Source: Octopus vulgaris
Lineage: Eukaryota
Assembly: GCA_951406725.2 (NCBI GenBank)
Contig: OX597831.1
Location: 68,324,001-68,388,000 of the forward strand
Direction of reading: 5' to 3'
DNA length: 64,000 nt
A program made the position numbers and the translations under genes. Positions within the stretch are counted from its first letter, which is position 1. Each line of letters opens with the position of its first letter. Below the pieces are notes generated by a model that made no database searches, had not been told where the DNA came from, and saw only the letters and a list, made by a program, of their open reading frames with translations. Positions 25,670 through 37,000 of the stretch are shown here, piece after piece.

Positions 25670-26218
25670 TATTACATTTCTAAATCTCTCAGAGAGACTT
25701 ATACAGTAGCAGCATGATAAAGTGATGGTTTGTTACCAACTTAATGTGGCAGTCCCAGGAAAGGGAAGAATGCTACTGCTATTTAGCCCCAGGAAGCATC
25801 GTTTCCAGTTGGCTATGTGACACAAGCGTACTGTGTCCATAAGTTTTCAAACAGGGGTGATACGAACCTCCACCCAGGAAAGCCAGCATCCAGAGACTAG
25901 TTTCTGAATCATTGCTCTTGGTCAGTTTGGAGTAGCTTGGCTTGCTAGCTGTCGATGCTTATTCGCCTTTGAAAACTTATAGCATTTCAAGTGAAATAAG
26001 TCCACTGATCTACAAAATTAGAAATACTTTGTAGATCATAAATCTCTCACGCTTGTGTCACATAGCCAACTGAAAACGGTGTTTCCTGGGGCTAAATAGC
26101 AGAAGTATTCTTCCCTTTCCTGGGACTGCCACATTAAGTTGGCAACAAGCTGTCATTTTATTGTGCTGCTACTGTATAAGTCTCTCTGAAAGATTTAGAA
26201 ATGCAATATTTCTAATAT
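25660..26218. mobile_element. fold-back element, 170-bp arms and 219-bp spacer
   Basis: 25660-25829 vs 26049-26218 inverted, roughly 90% identical; abuts (TA)n. Confidence 0.85.
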
Positions 26219-26329
26219 GCCTGTGGGCATATGGCGAAGTGGTTAAGAGTGCGGGCTACTAACCCCGAGATTCTGAGTTTGATTCTAGGCAGTGACCTGA
26301 ATAATAATAATAATAATAATATAACATAA

Positions 26330-26510
26330 TTTTCGTTTTTTTTTTTAGACATTCACTAGTACAACACTAAATACAAAACCAAATATATGGCACACTAGGC
26401 ATAACAACAACACAAACTTCAACCTGTTGTCTCTTGAGGTCTCTGGGTGAGACTTGGAGCCAACTTGTACAAATATAAAGCAAAAGTCGAACATAGAATA
26501 ATAATAATAA
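26330..26510 (+). mobile_element. probable RLE (R4-like) 3' end inserted in (AAT)n
   Basis: GAGGTCTCTGGGTGAGACTTGG...AGAATAATAATAATAA. Confidence 0.4.
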
Positions 26511-26563
26511 CAACATCGAAAAATACCTTAGGAATAAGAACCCAGGTTTGAAATTTTATCAAG

Positions 26564-26607
26564 ACACCTGATGAAGGCCGGAGGGTATATCAGCTGAAAT
26601 GTTGTGT
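26564..26607 (+). ncRNA. minimal hammerhead ribozyme motif (mutated)
   Basis: Stem I ACAC/GTGT, CUGAUGA, stem II GGCcG...CAGCU, GAAA(U), GUU triplet. Confidence 0.55.
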
Positions 26608-26970
26608 TAACAACAAAGATGAGGACAAATATCCGTCAATTGTAAATAATGTAATAATCACTTTGCCCTCCACCACATCCTGTGTTACATCCTTTATTTC
26701 TTGGTTCTGTAAATGTTCCTGTAACGACTTGTCCTTCCACGCCTCCTCCCCTACCTTTGCAAAGCGAACAACAGACTTGTTGTCTGCCGTTCTACCTAAC
26801 AGTTTTATTTGGTAGTGGGATTTTATATATCTAAAAACTCGTTCATTTAATAAGTCAAATGAAATAAATCTTTCATTTTTTAAAACTTTTTTATCCTATT
26901 TATGGGGTGGGGGGTTTAGCAAAATGTGTTCCAATTAACACTACCAAAGGGATGGAGTTGGGGAATTTTT

Positions 26971-27765
26971 TTAATGTTGTCTGTTTGCAAAGATTTTTTT
27001 GCTTGGGGAGGGGAGTCCATGGTATTTGTTTTTTTTTCTTTTATGTGTAACCTGGGTAAATTCCATTTCGTTTTTTTCCGGAGCTTTTCCTTTATCTACT
27101 TTTTTCCAGTTTTGGGATTTCCTGTTGTTTTCTCTGGGTTTTCTGTTTCTTTCACTGCATTTTGGGGAGGAGCTTCGTTTTCTGTTTTTCTTGGTACAAG
27201 CTGAGTGAACATGGTCCTTCTGCCCACCCTTAAAGCATCTGGGCCTACGTCCCTCTACTGACACACGAATTGTATGCACCTCCCTTACAAACAGCCTATC
27301 AGGCGAATTTTCAAGGGTCGCATTGGTTGCTTGAAAAGCCATTTCTAAGGATTGTCCTTGCCAGTTTCCTGCTTCCTTTTTCCTCATTTGCAGGATTGAA
27401 ATTTCTTCTTTCATGCCATACTCTACTACAGCCACTACCCACATTACTTCATACCCCACTGGGATCTCTTCCACTGTCACTTTTGTAATCCTGCGACCCA
27501 AGTAAGTGGGCAGCAGCATTATCTCTTCATTCTTCAACATTTGTGTAGACACCTCCTTGGCTACACTAGCCAACTCGAAATGTGCCTCAATTGTGGTGCT
27601 TCTTGCTCCTTGTCTAATGTAGCATACTTTATTCCAGATAGGTGCCATACATTTTTCTACTGCTTTCTTTTTTACATACATTATACGCTTTTCTTTGATG
27701 TTGTAGACTTTATACACAACTGTTTTTGCATTAATGGCTTGTACTGTCTGAGGGGGCAGCAACAA
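26971..27765 (-). pseudogene. L1/Tx1-type ORF1 (gag-like) remnant
   Basis: TKVTVEEIP...VSVEGRRPRCFKGGQKDHVHSAC degenerate CCHC knuckle and basic tail; no ORF2 follows. Confidence 0.7.
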
Positions 27766-28481
27766 CTTGGTATCTACTGTAGTGTTTGAGATGTTTAGGG
27801 AAACTGGATTGCTAACAGGGAAGTTCTTGTAATTGTTGGCAGCTCACCTTACCGAGGAGTCAGTGATGACTATGAGGGTGCTTGGCTGTTCCAACATCTG
27901 AGCCTTGCCATCACACGCAGTAATGCTGCAAGTGTGTTAACTTGCTTCAATAGGTTCTGTTGAACCTTATGGTGTGCAACCAATTAAGGCACTTGGTGTT
28001 GAATTGATTTTTTCCCCCTCTTTTTCCTTTTTGTTTTCTCCCGGTTTTGGATTTGTAATTTTTATGTTTTGTATTATATATGTATCTTATACATACATGT
28101 TCTAGTCCAAAAAAAAACTATATATATATACTGTAAAAATATAAAATTAAATACATTTAGTTATACTTAGCAATGCACAGAAGAAACATTTGGGAGTTCA
28201 TAATCAAATAACAACTTTGACAGACAAATACTAAATCATATTCTATAGAAATGTAATTTTATTGATAGGTTGGGCTGCACCATAACCCCACATTAAAATG
28301 ATAGAACATTTTATCATAAATAATGACCTCTAGTTAACCTTGTGCATCTGAGTTATTTAAAGCTAATCACGGGAATCTTCACGCTATTGACATTAGCATC
28401 AGTAAAACACAGATCTTGTTGTTTTTTACTAGGAAACTCTTTGTGATATATTCCATCCAATGTCTCTTTATATCAACATTA

Positions 28482-28869
28482 GGTGCAATGGCCCAGTGGT
28501 TAGGGCAGCGGACTCACGGTCATAGGATCGCGGTTTCGATTCCCAGACCGGGCGTTGTGAGTGTTTATTGAGCGAAAACACCTAAAAGCTCCCCGAGGCT
28601 CTGGCAGGGGATGGTGGTGATCCCTGCTGTACTCTTTCACCACAGCTTTCTCTCACTCTTACTTCCTGTTTCTGTTGTACCTGTATTTCAAGGGGCCGGC
28701 CTTGTCACTATCTGTGTCACGCTGAATATCCCTGAGAACTACGTTAAGGGTGCACGTGTCTGTGGAGTGCTCAGCCACTTACACGTTAATTTCACGAGCA
28801 GGCTGTTCCGTTGATTCGGATCAACCAGAACCCTCATCGTCGTAACCGACGGAGTGCTTCCATCCATCC
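28482..28869 (+). mobile_element. tRNA(Arg)-like SINE, family B
   Basis: Copy of 4101-4471; TSD ATATCAACATTAG at 28470 and 28870. Confidence 0.9.
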
Positions 28870-29044
28870 ATATCAACATTAGAAATTTCTTAGAGAGAGA
28901 AAGTAAATTTGATTGATCTAATGGCTGGTGAATTTAGCTTTTCCAAAATCTGAATTCATAATTAAGACCATTTTAGTCTACTTTGTCACCTTTTACGTGT
29001 TAGAATATTTGCTTTCTTTTCTTGTATTTGTTGTAAGAGAGAAC

Positions 29045-30810
29045 TGTAATGCGGGGAAATAAGATATGGTTCACTTACCTTTTTGTTGTTGGCTGTCCAG
29101 CTGTACTAAGTATAAAAAACATGTGCCCTACCCATCACACCTAATGTTAGCAGTTGCAGCTACCAATCTCACTAGCTCGTTCCACTTATATCTATTTGTA
29201 GTGAATGCACCAGGCTGAAGGAGGATGAGCCTCATCTTGCTTCCCTCATTTCCTCTCTTCCCCTTCCTGTTCCGGTCAGGCCCCTTGACCATTGACGTCA
29301 CAGCCCTTTCTGGCTCATCTCATCCCACATGCACCCCTGATCTAAAAGATCACCTCCTCACTTCACCCTATTTCAAAATCTGCCATCCACTCAGGTGGAC
29401 ACCACACATGCTGTGATCTCTGTAGGGAAGGAGCCTTGTTTATGAACATCCAAGATATGATGCAGTATTCCATCCTCAGAAACGGTATTTTTAGAATTAA
29501 CAGCCGTCATTATTCCTCTGTTCCACTGAGATGTGCAGTTTGCCTTCGGGGGCTTGACCCAGACTTCATCTTCCACCTCCACAAAGACAGGCCCTCTCTC
29601 TTTCGCAGGGCATTCTAATGGTTTACTTGGATGCCACCATTCATATCTGAATATTACTCTGTGTGGCATGGACTCTTCAGCCTGTCCTGATCGGGATGAC
29701 ATATTGTACCAGTTTACTGCTTCCAGTGGTGAGATGTGCCCTCTCTCTGCTTTGGCCTTCATCATTCAATGATGTCTTTGCTGTAAGCTGCTCTGAATAA
29801 GTGGTACACGTTCACTTATGAAGCATCTTCCTCAGTACCTCCAAATGAAATGCCGTACCATTGACCATCAGCAATTCCAGGAATATCTTATTATGGGTAT
29901 GTGCAATCTCGTCTGCAGTGCCCGTCTTCATTTCCCTCCAAATGTCCATCTGATCTGGTCCACAGTCAACCATCTAGGGATACGTCTCCTGCTGGTAGTG
30001 TGTTGCATCCTCCACCAATCATCTCCTGTTGTGAACTCCCGAGATGCTTCCCTGCTTCTGCATACCTGGAGCAGGGTCGATGGATTGACACCCATCACTG
30101 TTCCTTACCACCTTTTGGATGCTCTGTCTAGTAATATCAGTATCAATCTTCCTGGCAAAATACAGGGTTCCATCCATGCCCATATGATGCATGCATGCAT
30201 GCAGTCTCCTTAGTTCTGAGTCACTTAATCAACTATCTCCTGCTTTGAATCTTCTGGCTCTGCCAACCAGGCCTTTTTCCGCCTGGTTAGAATGTCTTCC
30301 TTGTTCCTTTCTAAAGGCACGAAGACCACACTCAGCCTCAAACAAAATCCAGCAGCTAGCTCTCCTAGAACCTCTAGAACATCCCTGTAGCCCCTTTGGT
30401 TTGAACCCTCTTTTCATCGGTGATCACTGATCCTATACACCAAAGCACAATGGCTAAATCGGTGAAGATTTTGATGGAATGCAGCTCCCATTTCAGGGCC
30501 AGATTCACCCCTTTCAGCACTGCATTCAACTCAGCCATGTTGATATGGTTGTAATCATCTGCTATTCAAAGCCAGGCCACTCCCTCTCATGTTGCAGACT
30601 CATGGTGCATGACGTCCCTGCATCACCAAATGAAACCACGTTTCTGCCAACATTGACACCTCCAAGGGGGTTGATCCCATCAATTCCATCTATCACATGG
30701 TCAATCACAATCACCTACAGCCTCAGTGTTGTGCCCTGCACCACTATCTTCACATCGCTGCTACCCTTACATCCAATTTCACTGCCATTGACCACCTGAA
30801 CACTACTTGT
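29045..30810 (-). mobile_element. decayed Gypsy/Ty3 LTR retrotransposon (RT/RNaseH/integrase remnants)
   Basis: CQSIDPAP, NWYN and EVWVKPP...CTSQW..GIMTAVNS integrase motifs in broken frames. Confidence 0.75.
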
Positions 30811-30867
30811 TCCCTTCCATTTTTTTTTGTCACCCTCAGGGTCATGAGTTTTTTTACACTAACTTTG

Positions 30868-31536
30868 GGAGAAGCCTTTTTGGTAAAAAAAAATATAAAC
30901 ATTTTCAGACAAAAAGGTGTGTGATTTAAGGAAGACTTGGCTGTTGTTTCTAGCATATCCCACGACCACCTTCATCATTTCTTTGTCACCCTCACATGTT
31001 TTGATGTTTTTCAATATTTTTCTCCCCTTAGGCACATTTTATGGTTTGATGTGGAAGTAACACACAGGTAGTACATTACTGGAATATAAGCATAACGAAG
31101 AAAGAAATTGTAATTAAAATTTTTATGCCCCCTCCTCACTGAAGCAAGCAAGGCTGTGTGCGTGTAAGAAAAATCATATTTGCTGACATAAGTATGCTAT
31201 TAAAATAAATTATCTTTTACATACCTCTTTTTTAAAATCACTGCGGATAAATGCCAGTAATGACCTCAGGCTCTCCAATATTTTAAAATTATAAACAGAA
31301 ATAATTTGGGGAAGTGTTGTAAAAAACCATAAATTTTCAAATATTTTTTTATTAGCATAAATTTGTTTATGGGGAGAAAAATATTGAAAAACATCAATAC
31401 ATGTGATGATTACAAAGAAATGTGGAAGCTGGTCTTGGGATGTGCTAGAAACAACAACCAAATCTTCCTTAAATCACACACCTTTTTGTCTGAAAATATT
31501 TACGATTTTTTTTTTTCACTGAAAAGGCATCTCCCA
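30868..31536. repeat. old inverted repeat, about 160-bp arms (MITE-like)
   Basis: 30868-31027 vs 31371-31536, e.g. TTTTCAGACAAAAAGGTGTGTGATTTAAGGAAGA and its reverse complement. Confidence 0.75.
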
Positions 31537-31755
31537 TGGTTTATAGGTGCATAGTACTAAAAAATTGGTCAAAATTTGTCTGCAGGGTGGTTCTAAGGTG
31601 GGGTGAAGTGAAAAAGAATCATAAATTTTCCAAAACTTTTTTTCATAAAACGATGCCCCACCCTGCTATCATTTCAATGGACATGGTGAAAAAGAAAATA
31701 GGAAAATTCCCCATCAAAACAGAGAAATTCCAACTTATGTGAACATCCTGATTCA

Positions 31756-32041
31756 AAATTCCACCCAAATGCCACTGGTGTATCAAGCGGGGTTCCACAT
31801 GCTGGTCTGATTGGCACAGCAAGGTGGAAGGAATATTGGCACTAAAACATTGATAAGTACATATGTGTTTGCATGCATTATAACCTTTTGATAATGTACC
31901 CTAACACTAACCCTTATGACAGCCTTGCTTCTAATCTCTGTCAGAACTGGGCACAAATGGCTCTGGAATCCAGGCATAGAATCAAATAGTACCAAGGAGG
32001 TAAGGGGTCACAGGATTAAAATTTCTCATCTCTCCTAAATT
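31756..32041 (-). repeat. about 285-bp inverted copy of 35340-35625
   Basis: Near-identical; the two 70-aa ORFs differ at 2 residues. Confidence 0.9.
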
Positions 32042-32833
32042 GCATAAATAAAGAATGTTGATTAATATATTTTTTTCTATTTAATGAATTATATGACGAT
32101 GAATCTGAACTTCATGCAGCTTCGCACTACTTAAATATTCCACTACAACTCCTAAACCACACACAAAATAGAAAAAACTATCATGTAAAGATGAGAATTT
32201 TCAGAGACTTACATTCAAAATACAAACTGTTTTAAATTGGCATACATTTAACGATAATCACACAGTCACCCACCTGCTTCTAGCTTTTATTATCAGAAAT
32301 CTAAAAGAGTTATTGTTATATGTATTTGTTTTATCAGATATTTTATAGATATGGCTGCTTTTCCAGACTGATTCTCACAATTGATTAAGCTTCATCGGTT
32401 TCAACCACTATCAGTTAATCACATTTGAGCCCTGATCCTCCAAACAATATGATACGTGTTCTTGATTAGATCTATAAAACGTTCTAAAATATTCGTGGGA
32501 AAAAATTTCAAACCAGAACTACTAGATATAAAACAAAACACCCTAGTGCGACACCAGACTTATATATACTTGCCAAGCTATACACAGGAGGTTGACAATA
32601 TAAATGTAAGTACCTCAGCTCCTCCAACTCGAAGAGGCTTTCAAAGATTACTACTTCAGTGTTAAGGCAATGATTTTAATATTATCACTTTTGCTATTAT
32701 AGTTCTGTGACAAGTATCATTAACAGATAACCTGGCATCAAAAATTTAATGCCACAAATAATGTGCATCTACATAAACTTGGACAACTGAGATATGAAGA
32801 ATTAAAGCTATAACCTGAAAACATAATGAGTAA

Positions 32834-33122
32834 AAGAGTGGGCTGAAAAGTTAATAGGCTGATTATGAAAGAGTGGTGCTATAGTAATGAAATCTTGCAT
32901 GCATTAATTTCAACTTGTCTTATTAATAACTGCATTGTTTCTTCCCAAGTAAAAGGAACTAGTAGCAACCTCTCTTGAAAAGGGACAAACTTTGGCACCA
33001 TGATGTTATTAAATATCTGCAGAAAAGAGGTTCAGCCAAAACCCACCAACTCCACCCCTAATTTGGTCATATTCCATGAGAGTATCTTGGTAAGCCAATG
33101 AACTTTTCAGCCAACCCTCATA
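32834..33122. mobile_element. mariner-derived MITE
   Basis: TIRs GGCTGAAAAGTTAATAGGCT / AGCCAATGAACTTTTCAGCC. Confidence 0.7.
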
Positions 33123-33323
33123 AAACAGTTTTGAACAGAATGTGAATAAGCTAGTAACCCATTTCTATATCTACTTAGTCAGTTTCCTTCCACAAATATT
33201 TGAGATGGCTTGCAATGATGCAATCCTAGTACTAACTAATTAGCCATGTAAACGATTAAGTATGTGAGTGATTCAGCATTTGAGCAACTAAGCAAACAGG
33301 TGATCAGGCTACGAGCTAGTAAA

Positions 33324-33736
33324 GGCGGCGAGCTGGCAGAAATGTTAGCACGCCGGGCAAAATGCTTAGCGTTATTTCGTCTGCCGCTACATTCTGAGTT
33401 CAAATTCCGCTGAGGTTGACTCTACCTTTCATCCTTTCGAGGTCAATTAAATAAGTACTAGTTACACACTGGGGTCGATATAATCGACTTAATCCGTTTG
33501 TCTGTCCTTGTTTGTTCTCTCTGTGTTTAGTCCCTTGTGGATAGTAAAGAAATAGGTATTTCATCTGTGTTACGTTCTGAGTTCAAATTCTGCCGAGGTT
33601 GACTTTGCCTTTCATCCTTTCGGGGTCGATTAAATAAGTACCGGTTACACACTGGGGTCGATATAATCGACTTAATCCGTTTGTCTGTCCTTGTTTGTCC
33701 TCTCTGTGTTTATCCCCTTGTGGGTAGTAAAGAGAT
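33324..33736 (+). mobile_element. SINE family C, dimeric form
   Basis: Full unit plus headless second unit from about 33555; TSD AGGTGATCAGGCTAC at 33298 and 33737. Confidence 0.9.
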
Positions 33737-34081
33737 AGGTGATCAGGCTACATGGGTGGTTATGTGAAAGATTAACTATATGAGACACTAACAATGTAAG
33801 TATCTTCCTAGGTGAATGATTAGTCATAGGAGTTAATGGTCATTTGGGCATTTGTAAGAAAATTGCTATGCAGAGGAACTGCAATACTGGTGAATTGCTG
33901 AGTTTGCTAAACACATATATTGTTATTAGAAAAGTGGTCCTTATTCATTGCAGAAAGCACATCAATTTACACCTTGTTGTGCATATATCAGGTATTTTTC
34001 TTAATCAAAAGATGTAGATATAATTAAATTTTAGAAATTTAGGAAGTACAACATTGAATAAAATAAAACAAGAAATTATTC

Positions 34082-34284
34082 GTGAGGTATACTTGCCATC
34101 TCAATATGGCTAACCACTAAGGGTGGGTGTTACTGTTGCTTGTAGCCCCAGGAGAACATCGTCTTCAGCTGGCTTTAGAAAGTGTGCCTAAAGCCAGCTG
34201 GAGACGATGTTCTCCTGGAGCTACAAGCTACAGTAACACCCACCCTTAGTGGTTAGCCATATTGAGATGGCAAGTATACCTCAC
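34082..34284. repeat. fold-back, 97-bp arms and 9-nt loop
   Basis: 34082-34178 vs 34188-34284, 3 mismatches. Confidence 0.9.
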
Positions 34285-34674
34285 ATTGTTGTGCAGTTAC
34301 TGTTTATATCTCGTTCAGAGATTTATTATTGCTTGCAAGAAATTATTCATAATTGATCAATTAAGTAAAGAACTGCATCATGAACATCGATATCCATCAT
34401 CACTCCTTACCAGCAACACCAAAGAATATCAATTACAACCAACCATCATACTTAACAACATGAACATGCAATACATACACAGAAGACAAAAAATACTATG
34501 ACGAACATTTATACATGCAATAAGCCTGGATCAGCACCACCAGTGTTAAGTGCAACAGGACAGCAGCTGCTATAATCTGACTTGGATCAAGTTCATATTA
34601 ACCTTTTCAGTGATAACCAACAGAATTCACTGGTGTATGAAATCAAACCAGACACTGGTAAAAAAAATATCTCA

Positions 34675-35016
34675 TGTGGAGGCACATGCCTAGTGGTTAG
34701 AGCAGTGGATTCGCAGTCGAGGGATCGCTGGTTTGAATCTCAGACCGGGCGATGTGTGTGTTTATGAGTGAAAACACCTAAGTTCCTCGTGGCTCCGGCG
34801 AAGGTAACGGCAAACTTCTGCTGACTCTTTCACCACAACTTCCTCTCACTCTTTCCTCCTGCATCTTGCAGCTCACCTGCAATGGACCAGTGTCCCATCC
34901 AGGTGGGGAACCTATACGCCAAGAAACCGGGAAACCAGCCCTTTATTAATGGCAGTGCATCAGCATGGCCACAGCTCTGAGCTGAAACTAAAAAAAAACT
35001 AAAAAAAAAAAAAAAG
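34675..35016 (+). mobile_element. SINE family B2 joined to a family-A-like tail and poly(A)
   Basis: 34675-34944 matches 12855-13165; then CAGCATGGCCACAG...CTGAAACT(A)n. Confidence 0.8.
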
Positions 35017-35339
35017 TATTATATGACAAAGCAGTTCATGTCAGAGTCCATTACCCCATTTCATACATGGAATAACAAGAACAATGAATTTATGGATTTC
35101 ACTTCATGTAACTGATTAACCTGCAATCTATAAGTTGGCCTTGTAAAGGCTGACCTGAATCTATGCAACAACAACAATAATAAATATTGTGGCTATATAA
35201 AATAACAGAGGAAAAATATCACATTGCTGCAAAAGATATCAATTGTCATTATGAATAATGATCATTTTGAAAATGCAAAACTCAACACAACAGAACTGTA
35301 AATACAAACAAATGTTCCCATCAGAAAATCAAGTACAAA

Positions 35340-35625
35340 AATTTAGGAGAGATGAGAGATTTTAATCCTGTGACCCCTTACCTCCTTGGTACTATTTGAT
35401 TCTATGCCTGGATTCCAGAGCTATTTGTGCCCAGTTCTGACAGAGATTAGAAGCAAGGCTGTCATAAGGGTTAGTGTTAGGGTACATTATCAAAAGGTTA
35501 TAATGCATGCAAACACATATGTACTTATCAATGTTTTAGTGCCAATATTCCTTCCACCTTGCTGTGCCAATCAGACCAGCATGTGGAACCCCTCTTGATG
35601 CAACAGAGGCATTTGGGTGGAATTT
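35340..35625 (+). repeat. second copy of the about 285-bp inverted repeat
   Basis: Reverse complement of 31756-32041. Confidence 0.9.
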
Positions 35626-36063
35626 GTTGTAAAGAAATACTTATGGGATACTTTACTGATTTAAAAAAAGATATTTGCTTTGATGTGTGTTTTTTTTTAA
35701 AGAAAAACACAATATCTATTTAAACCATTCAAGAAGTTCAAGAAAAAAATATATCTTCTTACATTAAGTAGCATAGAAGTTATATTTGATCATCTGTGTC
35801 TGAAACATGTAGTAAAAACAAACTTGTATTCTCAATAACTCTGCTTTACTGCAAAGTTTTAGCAAAGATATCTGAGGATGGTAGAGCATCAAGACATGCT
35901 ATATTTATAAATACATCAATGTATATATTTATCAAAGGATGTATGAAAATAAGCTCAGGAAGCATCATGGATGAATTATTTCATGTATCTTTGGAACAGC
36001 TTATTATATGAGTAATTCAAGATCATTACTGATCAAAATAGAATGATATCAGAAATTCTTGAT

Positions 36064-36459
36064 TACTCTTTTTTTCTTTTACTTTTATACTTGTTTCAGT
36101 CATTTGACTGCGGCCATGCTGGAGCACCACCTTTAATCGAGCAACTCGACCCCAGGACTTATTCTTTTGTAAGCCCAGTACTTATTCTATCGGCCTCTTT
36201 TGCCGAACCACTAAGTAACAGGGACATAAACACACCAGCATCGGTTGTCAAGCAATGCTAGAGGGACAAACACAGACACACAAACACATACACACGCATA
36301 TATATATATATACATATATACGATGGGCTTCTTTCAGTTTCCGTCTACCAAATCCACTCACAAGGCATTGGTCTGCCCAAGGTGCCATGCAGTGGGACTG
36401 AACCCGGAACCATGTGGTTGGTAAACAAGCTACTTACCACACAGCCACTCCTGCGCCTA
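36064..36459 (-). mobile_element. SINE family A
   Basis: Full-length apart from a small internal deletion. Confidence 0.9.
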
Positions 36460-37000
36460 TTGGAAAAGAAATAGCAACATTAGAAATAGTAAAACAAGTT
36501 AGGAAAATAAAAATAAGAAAAACTTTTGACAATATTTCCACCAAAATTACCATGCACCTGACGAAAAATTTAAAAAAGAAACATACATAGTATTGTTCAG
36601 TAAGATTTCAGTTGAATGCAGCTAATATTTTAAATGACAAACAAATTGATGGGTGTTTTTATGTTGCTCTCTGTAATACATTAGAAATGTATATGCCCAA
36701 ATATGGAGAATTATGACATGGTAGCTGATTGGCAATAAAGCTATCTGGTTATTTAGAAAACGTTCAGATTGCATCACTTATTTTTTCAGTGAGTGAGTAG
36801 ATGAATAGGGTTGATAGTATCAGCACTTAGCCATATAAATAATATCTTGTATAATGTTTATGGTCAGTTGATTTGAATTAAGCCAATGTGACATATAGAT
36901 TAAGGATAAGGAAAAAATATCTAGGAGTAAGCTCAAGAAAACCAAATAGTAAGGTTTGTGCTAACATACTTCATTAGTAATGAACTAATTTTAATTATAC

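Larger units (their letters stand above)
26224..26658 (+). mobile_element. tRNA-headed SINE (family D) with hammerhead-like tail, interrupted in its (AAT)n tract
   Basis: TGGCGAAGTGG A-box and GAGTTTGATTC B-box, (AAT)n, then ACAC-CTGATGA...GAAAT-GTT-GTGT. Confidence 0.65.

Noticed and set aside
25740-25815. HDV-like or twister ribozyme
   Set aside because: A G-U-opened 7-bp helix exists, but there is no P3/L3 or P1.1 GG, and the twister-like words lie on opposite strands
32214-32300. Minus-strand coding exon with TTTTAG and GTAAGT
   Set aside because: Stops in all three frames; at most non-coding, and unsupported
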